Origin: Chiloscyllium plagiosum
Taxonomy: Eukaryota
Direction: 5' to 3'
Assembly: GCF_004010195.1 (NCBI RefSeq)
Contig: NC_057711.1
Location: forward strand, 70,601,018 to 70,665,017
Length of the DNA stretch: 64,000 nt
Shown: positions 37,785-50,159 of the stretch, one piece after another
Position numbering within the stretch: position 1 is the first letter of the stretch
Layout of the letters: every line of letters begins with the position of its first letter
Program-made: the position numbers and the translations under genes
The notes under the pieces: generated by a model
The model's input: only the letters and a program-made list of their open reading frames with translations
Database searches by the model: none
Told to the model about the DNA's origin: nothing

Positions 37785-39163
37785 GCTATGTCCCCTTGTT
37801 CAAGAAGGGGTGTAGAGACAACCCTGGTAATTATAGACCAATGAGCATTACTTCAGTTGTGGGTAAAGTGTTGGAAAAGGTTATAAGTGATAGAGTTTAT
37901 AATCATCTAGAGAGGAATCAGGTGATTAGGGATAGTCAACACGATTTTGTGAAAGGTCTGTCGTGCCTCACAAACGTTATTGAGTGCTTTGAGAAGGTGA
38001 CCGAACAAAGCAGTTGATGTGGTATGTATGGATTTCGGTAAGGCGTTTGATAAGGTTCCCCAAGGTAGGCTATTGCACAAAATACAGAGGCATGGGAGTG
38101 AGGGTGATTTAGCAATTTGGATGAGAAATTGGCTTGCTGAAAGAAGACAGAGGGTGGTGGTTGATGGGAAATATTCATCCTGGAGTTTAGTTACTAGTAC
38201 TGTACTGCAAGGATCGGTTTCGGAGTCACTGCCATTTGTCATTTCTATAAATGACTTGGATGAGGGTGTAGAAGGATGGGTTAGTAAATTTGCGGATGAC
38301 ACTAAGGTTGGTGGAGTTGTGGATAGTGCCGAAGGATGTTGCAGGTTATAGAGGGACATAGATAAGCTGCAGAGCTGGACTGAGAGGTGGCAAATGGAGT
38401 TTAATGCAGAAAAGTGTGAGGTGATTCACTTTGGAAGGAGTAGCAGGAATACAGAGTACTGGGCTGATTGTAAGATTCTTGGCAGTGTAGATGAGCAGAG
38501 CGATCTTGGTGTCCATAGATCTCTGAAAGTTGCCACCCAGGTTGATAAGGTTGTTAAGGAGGCATACAATGTGTTAGCTTTTATTGGTCGAGGGATTGAG
38601 TTTCAGAGCCACGAGGTTATGCTACAAAACTCTAGTGTGGCCGCACTTGGAGTATTGAGTACTGTTCTGGCTACCGCATTATAGGAAGGATGTGGAAGCT
38701 TTGGAAAGGGTTCAGAGGCGATTTGCTAGGATGTTGCCTGGTACGGAGTACAGGTCTTACGAGAAAAGGTTGAGGGACTTGAGACTGTTTTTGTTAGAAT
38801 AAGGTTGAGAGGTGACTTAATTGAGACATATGCGACAATCAGAGGAATAGATAGGGTGGACAGTAAGAGCCTTTTCCTCAAATGGTGATGGCTAGCATGA
38901 GGGGACATAGCTTTAAATTGAGGGGTGATAGGTATAGAACAGATGTCAGATGTAATTTCTTTACTCTGGCAGTAGTAGGTGTGTGGAACGGCCTGTCTAC
39001 AATAGTAGTAGACTCGCCAATTTTAAGGGGATTTAAATGGTCATGGATAGACATATGGATGAAAATGGAATAGTGTAGGATAGATCGACTTCAGATTGGT
39101 TCAATAAGTTGGTGCAACATTGAGGGCCAAAGGGCCTGTACTGCGCTATAATGTTCTATGTTC
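37785..39163 (+). mobile_element. CR1-like LINE, 5'-truncated RT region
   Basis: PLFKKG..PGNYRP, MDFGKAFDKVP, SKFADDTKVGG; ctatgttcta tail. Confidence 0.93.
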
Positions 39164-39929
39164 TACCTCCTCAGACTGGCAGCTTCAGTGGAGAGAAAAA
39201 CAGAGTTCATGTTTTGAGCGCAGTGTGACTCAGAAGAATGCTGCGTATCTCCATCGTTTCTGTTTTTATTTCAGATTTGGAGCATCTGCAGTATTTTGCT
39301 TTTATCTGTTTTAATGTTGTTCATTGAGTTGGCCAGAGCAACATTCAAATTCCTCTGCTATTCAATTTGTGCCATCATATTCATCTGAGAGGACAGATAT
39401 GGTGTTGGTTTAAGGTTCCATCTGGTAGGCAGAGCCTTGGGCAGTGCAGGACCCCTTACATGAAAGTCTTGGTTTACAGTGCATTTCGTGGTTTATACAT
39501 TTTGAATGGATTGGAAAGATTTCTACTTGTCATAGAATATTTCTTTTTTGAATAATGTAACGCTGTGATTTTAAATTTGAGGTCTGACGAAGGTAAGTAG
39601 AAACCCTTAAAGGAGACTGTTAGAGGTATTTGATGATGTGGGGATTGATAAGAACTTTCTTTTCTGGAGCCATCAGAAGAACTTGAACGCAATCTTTTAA
39701 ACAGTCTTCCAAAGATCATTATACCTCTGTGATCTTACAAGCATGCCATTCCTTTTGTATGAAGTAATTTTTAAACCATCCTGCAATATTTAAAACAATC
39801 TTTTTCTTCACCTGAAATAAGCCGTGATTCTAAGTGAAGTTTCATGGTGAAGTGAAGCATTAACATGAATCTTTTTGGTTGTGGGATGGGATCATATGTG
39901 GTGGTGGGAGGAAGAGAAATTTCCCATCA

Positions 39930-41045
39930 TGCTTTTCATCATTCATATAAATGATTTGGATGTGAATACAGGAGGTATGATTGGTGAATATGCAGATGAC
40001 ACAAAAGTAGGTGGTGTAGTTCACAGTAAAGATTACCTCCAAGTACAATGGGACCTTGATCAATTGATTGATAACTTCTTAATCTCTCAAGGAATTAAGG
40101 GATACAGGGAGAGTGCGGGTAAGTGGCTTTGAAATGCCCATCAGCCATGAATGAATGGCAGAGTGGACTCGATGGCCCAAATGGCCTTACTTCCACTCCT
40201 ATGTCTTCTGGTCTTCTGATCAGATAGACCAGTTAGCTGAGGAGTGGACGATGGAGTTTAACTTAGATAAATGTGAGGTGTTACATTTTGGTAAGGCAAG
40301 CCAGGGCAGGACTTGTATGGTTAATGGTTTTTCCTTGGGGAATATTGCCGAACAGAAAGACCTTGGGGTGCAGGTGCATAGTTCTTTGAAATTAGAGTTG
40401 TAAGTAGACAGAGTGGTGAAAAAAGTGTTTGGCACGTTTGCCTTCATTTGTCAGAACATTGAGTATAGGAGTTGGGATGTCATGTTGCATCTATACCAGA
40501 CATTGTTGATGCCAATTTTTAAGTACTGTATTCAATTCTGGTCACCTTCTATAGGAAGGATGTTAAACTTGAAAGGGTTCAGAAAAGGATTACAAGGATA
40601 TTGTCAGGGTTGAAGGGTTTGAGGTATAGAGAGAGGCTGAATAGGCTGGGGCTGATTTCCCTGGAGCATCGGAGACTCGAGTGAGGTTTATAAAATCATG
40701 AGGTATAGATAGCGTGAATAGCCAAGGTCTTTTTCCTAGGGTGTGGGAGTCCAGAATTAGAGGGCGTAGGTTTAGGATGAGAGGGGAAAAATTTATGAAG
40801 GACCAGAGGAATAACTTTCATGCAGAAAGGGTAGTGCATAAATGGAACAAACTGCCAGAGGAAGTGGTGGAAGTAGGTATAATTACACTATTTAAAAAGC
40901 ATCTGAATGGGTTTATGAATAGGAAGGACATAGAGGGATATGGGCTAAATGTTGGCAAATGAGACTAGATCAATTTGGAATATCTGATCAGCATGAGTGA
41001 GTTTGATCGAAAGATCTGTTTCCGCATTGTGTAACTCTGACTCTA
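39930..41045 (+). mobile_element. CR1-like LINE 3' portion with a nested CR1 tail (~40068-40217)
   Basis: YADDTKVGG, MEFNLDKCEVLHFG, YCIQFWSP. Confidence 0.9.
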
Positions 41046-42089
41046 TAACAGAATGCTGCTTTAAACTTGGGGTTGTGAGGGAGAAGTGAAAAAATTGCCC
41101 AAGTATCAATGAGTTCTCTATTGTGACATTTTGAGAGTGACTGGTGAATTCCATTATGTACAATTGAATAGCTTACGACAAGAACATTTAAATATCCTTC
41201 ATATATGCATATTTGTATTGGTTCTATTGAAAATATCAATATTTGTAAAGAGGCTTCATGCTTAATGAGACCATACATTGTGAACACTGTAGAGAACTGA
41301 TTTGTTTTCACTTTAGGACTTACATTTTTTATAACATTTGGCATTGGGGCTGTTAATGCTGCAGTGATTGAATGTGCTTTGATCTTAGTTCGACATGAAG
41401 CAAAACTATCTCTGTAAGTATGCAATTTGAGTAGATGCTTAAAATATGACTGGAAGAGTTAGCCATGAAATTAGTACATGAAACTGAAAACTCCAGTTGT
41501 TATGTAGTAGAAGGTATTGTTCTTTGATAAGTAGCAATGTTCTTTGTCAATTATCATAGAGTGGTTATATCTTCAACTGGTCACTAGTGATTTCCATTCA
41601 GAATAGTAACAATAAAATTCATTATATTGAAAAATAAATGGATAGTTTAAACAGTGAAAAACAATAATTGTTAATAATTGAATAAACAATGGCCCTTTTT
41701 CTAAATAATAAATGAGGACTACATTTATTTATACAGCTACACTTGGGATTGTTTTAGACATAATTTAAAATGGTCATGCTCTTGAAAGAAGGTACTGAGT
41801 AAGTACACTATTGGATGCTGGTACTTTACATTAGACTGGAGAAGGTATCGTTTATATGGCTTTTTCCAAATACGTTTGTCTGTATTTAATTATTGTTTTT
41901 CTCATTTGGCACATTCATAGTGTTGTAATGTTTTCAATCTTTCAATCTAATTGAGTAAGAAGGAAAAGCAATGATGTTTTAGAAAAGTGAAAATAATGTG
42001 TAATCCTCTATTGGAGGTATAACTGATGTTGAAAATGAGGACTGTTTCAATGTAGGAGTTACTTTGATCCTCAGAGTATAATTAGTGTT

Positions 42090-42460
42090 GGGTGAGATGG
42101 TCCTGCAGTGGTATTGTCACTGTCACTGGTCAAGTAAATCTCGAGGCTCAGCAAAATGCCTTGAAGACATCGGTTCAAATCTCACATGGCAGCTGGATGA
42201 AGCTGTCTCTGTGGTAGTGACCAAGAAATTGTCATTGTTGTTTAAGAAAAAAAACACAGTCTGGTTCTCAAATGCTCTTTAGTGAAGGAAATCTGCTTTC
42301 CTATCCAGTCTGGCTTATATGTGACATTCGGACCACAGCAATGATGTTGAAACTTAACTCCCTTCCAAAAGGGCTCAGCAAGTTACTCAGTTCAGGGGCA
42401 GTTGAGAATGAGCAACAAATGTTCGATTTACCAGCTACTGCCCACATATCATGACAGAAC
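42090..42460 (+). mobile_element. tRNA-derived SINE with LINE-like tail
   Basis: gcagtggtattgtcactg...ggttcaaatc...gaaggaaatctgc...ctcagttcaggggcagttgag. Confidence 0.78.
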
Positions 42461-43750
42461 AAAGATCAAAATAATGTGTATAAATATCAATAACCATTGA
42501 TTAAATTTTGTACAGGTTATAAACTTGCATTTGTTGCCAAATACTGCCAAATATGTCAAACCTGTGGAAAATACAAAAAGAAAAAAAAAGTGTTACTGTT
42601 CCTGAGCAGTTGTTTGTAATAAACTGAACATCACCTGTAGAAAGAGAACATTCTTCATTCTGATATTATAAAAAACAGTTGTCACATCTAAGATAATATT
42701 ATTTTGTATGTAAGAAGACTCCATTTATTTTGGTCATTGGACAGATCCTGATATGAATGCTGTGTTCATTTTTATACCTTTGGCTTCTACATAAAACTGT
42801 TGACTTCAATAGAATTTGATCTCCACTTGTGTTTTACTCAGCCTCTCTATCCTGAACTTGTATATGATTCTGGCACAGCATCTAAGTGAAATTGAACACA
42901 TCCATCCTGTTATTCTGAGCCAATGAAACAGGTGGATTTGGGAGAATTTTGCTAACTAAGTCACCTTGTGTCTCTTTCACAAAAGTACAAATGATTTGTT
43001 GCAGTTTGAATGCATAGTACGTGAAAAACAATGATGAACAAAAAAAAATTGTTCATGCCTATTACGTTGCTGGAATTAAAAAGTGTTAGGCAAATCAGCA
43101 ACTCCAGTCACTCAAGTCTTGTTACAGAATCCACAGGAGTAAAAAAGCGCTTTAGTGTTTTTAGTGTGCATGCTGTTATTATCTCCCTCTCCCATACACT
43201 GTGGCTGAGTCGGTTCTTAAGTCTTTGCTCAAACTATGTATGATCTTAGGCTGGAATCTACATAGTATAGGTAATGTAAACTTCTAATAGTGTATCTTCT
43301 CTCTTGCACTGTGTCTCTTTCTCCACATAGAAAGGAAAATATTGTAGAGCTGTCATGGTCGATTATTAATCCATGCCTTGGAATTCCCAACTGCAGTTGT
43401 TTAACTGTTGTACCTTCTATAAGATGCAGCATTATATTTTAGTCCTCTCCTTTTAAAGCTAGCAAGTGTCTGAATTGTTTCATGTCCATTTCATTGCACA
43501 TTCCTGTGTCACTTGTCATTCACTGAGTTGAGTACGCATTATTGACTCGCTTCAGTAGCCTACTGAAGAACATGTTACTGAAAAGTAGGTTTAAAGTAAT
43601 GTACTTTGACAAAATCTCAAGTTGATGCAAGGTCACATTCCTGGAGCTCCTGTCCTCATTCCTACCTTCCATGGATTCTAACAGTACAAAAAGCAAAATC
43701 TGGATAGAAATGGCAACACCAAAGTAACCCTGACTGTGCACGAGATGATG

Positions 43751-43969
43751 CAGGTTGATCTGCTATAACACTCATTTCATTAATGCAAATTTGCCACAAT
43801 GTGATTGGCGAATTGGGGACATTATTTATGAACCGTGAACTTTTCAAATGTGTATTGGCTGTAACGCGATTGTATCGCCAACACTTGAAGTGCTGTTTCT
43901 AAGCCTTGATTTTCCTATAACACGGGATTGCACAAGAACGCAATCATTGTGTGATGGAAGAACTACCTG
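43751..43969. mobile_element. Degenerate Tigger-like MITE
   Basis: Imperfect TIRs caggttgatctgctataacac / gtgatggaagaactacctg; internal tataac/taacgcg repeats. Confidence 0.55.
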
Positions 43970-44056
43970 TTAACAGAGGCTCAGTCCACACTTTGTGACA
44001 GCTTTATTTCAGTTAACTACATCCCATGCGACACTTGTACCACTGATTTATATATG

Positions 44057-44168
44057 TTTTAATCAGCCTGTTCAGAGTAGTTGTGACACACGTCTGCAGC
44101 AGGTAGAGTTGAACCCATGTGTCTTAGTTCAGCGATGAGGTCACTAGCACAGCATCATAGGAGCCCTC
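44057..44168 (-). mobile_element. Short tRNA-derived SINE (partial copies at ~20-75 and ~48699-48760)
   Basis: ttttaatcagcctgttcaga...gcaggtagagttgaaccc...gagccct; B-box-like GGTTCAA on -; three copies in the window. Confidence 0.65.
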
Positions 44169-46170
44169 TATCGCCACTGCTTAGTAGCATCTAATAATTT
44201 CATAAACACATGATATTCAATTAACACTTAACTAATATACCATCACCTGTTCCCTCATTCCCTTGAACCCATCAAGCCCATTGCTCCAGACCTTATTAGC
44301 TCATTACAAATCCACCTTTTTACTCTTCAAACCAATCTACATAAAAAATAGTAATTAATAACAAATAAGACATACTAAATGACACATACTATATTCACAT
44401 CTTTTTCTCATTCTCACATTTTGTTGTGTGTATGTCATAAAATAATGACTTATTCTTAATGTTGCACGTGATGGGTATTGATGCTGAATCCCTTTAGAAT
44501 TTCTTTCTATGTTTTCATGAAGAAAAATGCCAAAAGTAAATGTTTCTGTTGTTAAGGTACTACTCATCTGATTATCTCTGCTTCCTAAACTAAAGATTGA
44601 TATTTGTCTCCCTACTCAAAAGGGGTAAAAATATACCTGGAGACAACCTGTCACAGAGGTTTGTATGAAAAGCATCACATAAAACAACAAGTTTAATGTT
44701 TTTGGCATCTCCCAATGGTGGAAACTAAAACACAATGTTCCATTTTTAATTTTTTCCAATGTTTTGTTTGGCTGAATAAAATCCTTCCACCTTGGGAATT
44801 TTAACAGTTGTACTCTACTCTATTACTTTACAACTGGCATCTGGCCTTGTCTGGTTGCATAGCCAAATCAGCTGTCTAATTAAACTCTGCAATTCCTCCA
44901 TTTTTGTTGTTGAAGCACCTGCATCTTTTTCTGAGGCCCTGTTTTGATAAATAGTAGGGGAGCTAACATTTTCCAAATAAGATTGCTGATGCCAAGTGAC
45001 ACTTGACAATTGATTTCCAATTCATTGTACTTAGAAACTTCGGAAACCTGTCTTCTGTCTTCTAACTTTTAAATTCTGCTTTCAATGGATTTATGGCAAT
45101 GTTTCAAGTTTACTGCTCCCATCCTGTTAAAAATAAAACCATCTGAATGCATCATAAAGATGTCTGGAAGCTGCCCCTCATGGTGTCAGTCAATCATGGC
45201 TGGATCTTCTTTCAGTTGAAGACAACCCAATTTTAATCAAACAGACCTTACTGAGAAATCCAACTCTAGTAGCATAATTTAGGCAAATGTATCCTTTTAA
45301 CTTCCAAAGTGTCCCCACTGTACCTCATTTTGAAGATGAATAAATATTTTCATATTGAATCAATTTCCCTGCAGAAATGTGGTTTTAGTATCAATTGATG
45401 TAGATTCCTAAGCCTTTGTTGCTAACAAAGCCAAGAAAACTTTCAAAGTTGCATTTCTTGCTGTCAGTGAATCTACCCTTGTATCTTGATTCCCAGTTTC
45501 TTGAAATCCTTGTGTCAGTATCCTTGCTTTATCTTAAACGTCCTTAAGGGGATACCTTTTCCATGCATGGTCGCCTATAAATTCCCAGTTAGTACTGTAT
45601 TTCATAGATTTGGTAACTGCTGTTATCTAAATACTCTATCTTACTTTCTATCTCTTTCCAGACTGCTACTGTTTCAATTTCTCTCCTATCAATAAGATTA
45701 TCTAAAACATTCTTGATTTTGTTTTTAAGGGCATGTTCGCTCCCATTATTTGTGCTTGCAATGCATTTTCTTGTGTTCCAATTTTGTATTTCATGGGCCT
45801 AATCTCTTGCCCCAGCCTTTCATCCTGTATGTTCATCCAGCTTATATATTTTCCAGTGGCCTTCCTTGCTCTACCTATAATAGTCACATTTCACCATTGA
45901 CTAGTTCTTTCTGGTAAATATTTAACTTTAGTACCAATTTTTGGCAGTTGACCTTTGGGACCAGTGAGGTCTCATTGTTCATCATCAGTCAGATGGTAAT
46001 TTACAACAGTTTTATCCTTACGTCTGTGCAACGTCTGCGGTATGAAATTGTCAATTTTGATGATTTCTTCAGAAACTGCAAATTTGTATTCCATACCAAG
46101 CAACCTTGAAGTTTGTACCCAAACAGTCTGATTCCTTTTTGTTTGTCTTTACCAATAACAATGCCACAGA

Positions 46171-46481
46171 AGATTAGATTATATTACAGTGTGGAAACAG
46201 GCCCTTCGGCCCAACAAGTCCACACCAACCCGCCGAAGCGCAACCCACCCATACCCCTACATTTACCCTTTACCTAACACTACGGACAATTTAGCATGGC
46301 CAATTCACCTGGCCTGCACATCTTTGGACTGTGGGAGGAAACCAGAGCACCCGGAGGAAACCCACGCAGACACGGGGAGAACGTGCAAACTCCACACAGT
46401 CAGTCGCCTGAGGCAGGAACTGAACCCGGGTCTCTGGCGCTGTGAGGCAGCAGCGCTAACCACTGTGCCACCATGCCGCCC
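46171..46481 (-). mobile_element. HE1-type V-SINE, full length and young
   Basis: GGGCGGCATGGTGGCACAGTGGTTAGC (A box)...GGTTCAGTTCC (B box) on -, V-domain, CR1 tail; nearly identical to the 15279 copy. Confidence 0.93.
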
Positions 46482-46553
46482 AAAACATTAGAGATTTCCA
46501 AATGAAGTTTTGCATACAATATACTGAATTCCCTAATGTACTTTTTCATATTA

Positions 46554-46768
46554 TAGGAGTCCCCAATTTATGAACGTCTAACTTCCAAACACTCATAGTT
46601 ACGAACACGGCCCATATGTGGTTGTAAATTGAAAGACCCAACAGTAACATTTCTGGTACTTTAAGTCAGCTGCTTGACATTGTCCTGCATTGTGTTCTGA
46701 CCGCATCCAAATTGGTTTGTGAATGGACTCCAGAATGGAACCCGTTCGCACTCCAAAGATTGCCCGTA
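46554..46768. mobile_element. Degenerate Tigger-like MITE
   Basis: Imperfect TIRs taggagtccccaatttatgaac / gttcgc...gattgcccgta; it splits a continuous gag-like frame. Confidence 0.5.
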
Positions 46769-47157
46769 CCTATCTCAGCCTTTCTAAGTTTAATATAAAC
46801 TGATCACAGTTCATAAAGTCAAAAAAACATCTTTTTCTTTTGATAAATGTTGTCCATGAAAGTTAACAATCTGTCCAAATCTTCATCTGTGTTCGAATCA
46901 TCAGGCTCCAATTCTGAAAAAAAAATTGCTTCCATGGTAACAGATTATGGATTTGATTTGAATAACCACCCCCTGTTTTGTGATAATGAGCCTTGTGACC
47001 AGTGGAAGAATAAAATCATAATGTGGACCTGGGTCATTTCTTTGCCAACTATGAAACATAATGTGGCCTTAGCATTCCAAGAAAAGAAATGCAGTAGAAT
47101 ATAACTATTTTAAAACAATTTAACCCTAAGTCCATACTTCCAGCGAGGCTTCATTTT

Positions 47158-47453
47158 ATAGAATCCCTATAGAGCTGATGCAGGCCTCCAAAGACCATTC
47201 CATCCAGACTCATTCACCATCTGTTCCCTCCGCCTCTTATTCACTGTAATCCTGCATTTCATATGACTAATCCACCTAACCTACGTATTCTGGAAACCAA
47301 TGGCAATTTAGCATGGCCACTCAACCTAATCTGCACATCTTTGGATTGTGGGAGGAAATCTACACAGACATAGAGGATGTGTCAACTCCACACAGATAGT
47401 TACCTGAGGTGCTGTGAGGCAGCACTGCTAACCACTGAGCCACCGTGCCACCC
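47158..47453 (-). mobile_element. HE1-type V-SINE (deleted copy)
   Basis: ctgcacatctttggattgtgggaggaaa...gctaaccactgagccaccgtgcc. Confidence 0.85.
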
Positions 47454-47649
47454 CTTCTAAGTTTCAATTAAACACACTCCATAAACTTATAGCTGCACTG
47501 ATTACTGCCTCCAATTTTTATATGATCAACTTACACCAAATTAAACCTTAATTAATATATCCATCATCTGTTCCTTCATTCCATTTAGTCTCAAAGATTT
47601 CTTCATGCCATATTAGTTTATAACACTATTGACCCTACAAAATCATCCA

Positions 47650-49060
47650 TACCAACATCTGAGGCCTTGTGCCAAAACTGGTCAAGCAACAGCCAGTTAA
47701 AATCACAAGATCATATCTCACAGACATTATCTTAGACACCAGTTTCACTATCCTAGGGTACACCAGTAGGACAGACCCAGCTGAGGGGATAGCGTAGTGG
47801 TATACAATGGTTGCCCTGAGAGAACCCAGTATTGTGCATTGTTTGAAGTCTAATGGCACTAAGTTAAAATGGGAAAGGAAATCTCCTGATTTCCACATAC
47901 CTTTCCCTCTTGGTTGATGAAGCAGTTTTCCTTCATGTTGAAAACCAGTTGGAAGAAACATTGAAGGTGCCAATGTACCTCTGGAGGAGACACGTCCATG
48001 TGCAGCACCATTACTGAATGAACTGACCCAGTCTTAAACGGCATAGTTTCTCAGCTGGTCTACATAGGTAGTGAGGACTTCACTAAGGAAGATAAATTGT
48101 GAGGACAAGATTGTGTAAGCCTGTGTGTTGGAAATGTATCTCTATTGCAGTATAGTGGTAGAACCAGTCTTTGTGGGGACGCAATCTCTTTTTCACATTG
48201 AAGATACTCTCCAGCACATTGTGTGGCACTACCTCCTACCCAAATGGGATTGATTTCAAACTGGTGTACCCTGTCCATTAAAAGCAGGACAAATCTAACC
48301 CAGATAATTGCCAGCCCATTAGTTTATACGTGATCTTCAGGAAAGAGATGGGAAGAATACCATCAATGGTAACACCAAATGATAATTGTTCAATGACTGT
48401 GTGCTTACAGATACACGGTTTGGGTTCCACCAGAGCCAGTCAGTTATTTACCTGATTACAGCCTTTGTCAGAGTATGGCCAAAAGAACTAAACTCCAGAG
48501 ATGAAGTGAGAGTGACATCAAGACAGCATTTGACAGAGTATAGCATCAAGGAGCCCTGGTAAAACTGAAGTGACTAAGAATCATGGGAAACTCTCCATTG
48601 GTTGGATTAATACCTGCCACAAAAAAAGGTGTTTGCTGTTGTCGGAGGTCAATCATTTCTGTTCCAGGACACCTATCTAGGAGTTCCTCGTGTTTCTCAT
48701 TTTTAATCAGCCTGTTCAGATATGTTAGGACACATCTCTGAAGCAGGTGTTACTTGAAAAAATGCCCTCCTAGCCTCAAGTTCCTCAGAGTAGATTCCTT
48801 GGCAGACCTTCCCTCCATCATAAAGTCAGATTGTTGCTGATGATTGCGAGTGCGGAGTGCTGCTTGTGATTCAGATATTGAAGGAACCCGAGCCAAGACC
48901 TGAAAACACACAAGCGGATGAGTGGCAAGTAATAACTGTGCCACACAAGTGGCAGTGAACCACTACTTGACATTGATTGGCAATGCCAATGCTGAATAAC
49001 CAAATATCAATCCTCTGGGGTTAGCATTGACCAGTAATTGGACCAGCCATGTAAATATAG
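47650..49060 (+). mobile_element. Degenerate CR1/L2-clade LINE fragments
   Basis: gacatcaagacagcatttgacagagta (DIKTAFDRV), gttgtcggaggtcaatc, agtggcaagtaa. Confidence 0.65.
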
Positions 49061-50159
49061 AGGTTTCAAGAAAATGCCAGTTGATCGAAATAACAAGTTA
49101 ACAGAAGAAATTGAAAACTTAGTAAAACACTTGAATTGAATTTATAGTAGTGAATGCTTGCTATAATGAGTGATTAGAGGATTTTGTAACAGCTAGTCCA
49201 ACTGATGGAGAAATTCTGCTAAAAAGTGACACTTCTGCTGAAATGTCTGCTAACAAAAGTGCAAATCTACTTTGAAAGTTCAGATTTCAATGGGCATGAC
49301 GAGGACTTCAAGTTCACTCATGCGTCCGTGTATAATATAGTGCCTCCTTTGCTAATGGAGCTTCTCCCTGCTTCCGGTGGGATCTGCGGTTCCCATCCAT
49401 GGTTTAAGCTGGAGCTGACTGAAACCAGTGGGAATTCATTGAAACTAATTATTGAACACTCCGTAGTGTGTGACTTTGGTCTTAAGACTAAGCTGGCCCA
49501 CCCTTCAAGGATCGTTCAAAATCAATTTTAGTTTCTTATTTGCAGAAGAAGAATGAAATTTGACCTCTCCCTTTGTCTTCATCAGATTAGCTGAATATTT
49601 GTTGAGGCCCTTTTTACTAGTAACATCCTAGATGAACTTTAACAAGCTTGAGTCATGTGACTTTCTTTTTATATAGTTTCCATTTGGATGTTTTGAAGAT
49701 TTTTCCATCCCACCATTGCTGCAAGTTGGGATGACTACCTTAAATGCTCTTTTCCTTGTGGAGGAAACCTTTATTTTCTGCTCAATCCTGCAAAGGAAAT
49801 GACTAACAAATCAGTTTATGATTTTGACTTCAACTTTCAATGCAAGTGTTCAAAGCATCTTCCTGGAATTCACAGTTCTTTGATTGTGGACAGTATTTCT
49901 GTCTCGTGTTTATTTAAGGTTATTGTTAAAGCAGAGTAATATGTTATATCAGAGTATGAATGAGTCAACTCAAGTGAGAACTAAGCAATGAGCTCCTGAT
50001 TTTAATCATTCCATCGTGGGTAGTTATCAGTTGCGTTTGTGCACTTCCCCACAAGAGGGCAGAAGTGAGGTTGGTTAAAGACACAATCGATTCATTGAAA
50101 TTATAGCTCCCCTTGTTTTAATAATACAGGTTATTCCATGGATGTTTGGAAAAATTTGT

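Larger units (their letters stand above)
44200..47600 (-). mobile_element. Ty1/copia LTR retrotransposon remnant (GalEa-like), internally deleted, with nested SINEs and a MITE
   Basis: Minus strand: SIDTKTTFLQG (45364-45399), IFMMHSDGF (decayed HVDD, ~45135-45162), QSLIRQLIWLCNQTRPD, RNase H-like IPITCNIKNKSL..HTTK..EKK, and gag-like pieces at 46490-46930. LTR-like direct repeat at 44218-44262 and 47537-47582. Confidence 0.78.

Noticed and set aside
46400..46481. tRNA-like A and B boxes
   Set aside because: These are SINE heads continuing into the V-domain, not stand-alone tRNA genes.
46189..46491. Recurring ORF peptide WPIHLTCTSLDCGRKPEHPEETHADTGR in several places
   Set aside because: Antisense translation of the HE1-type SINE, not a gene family.
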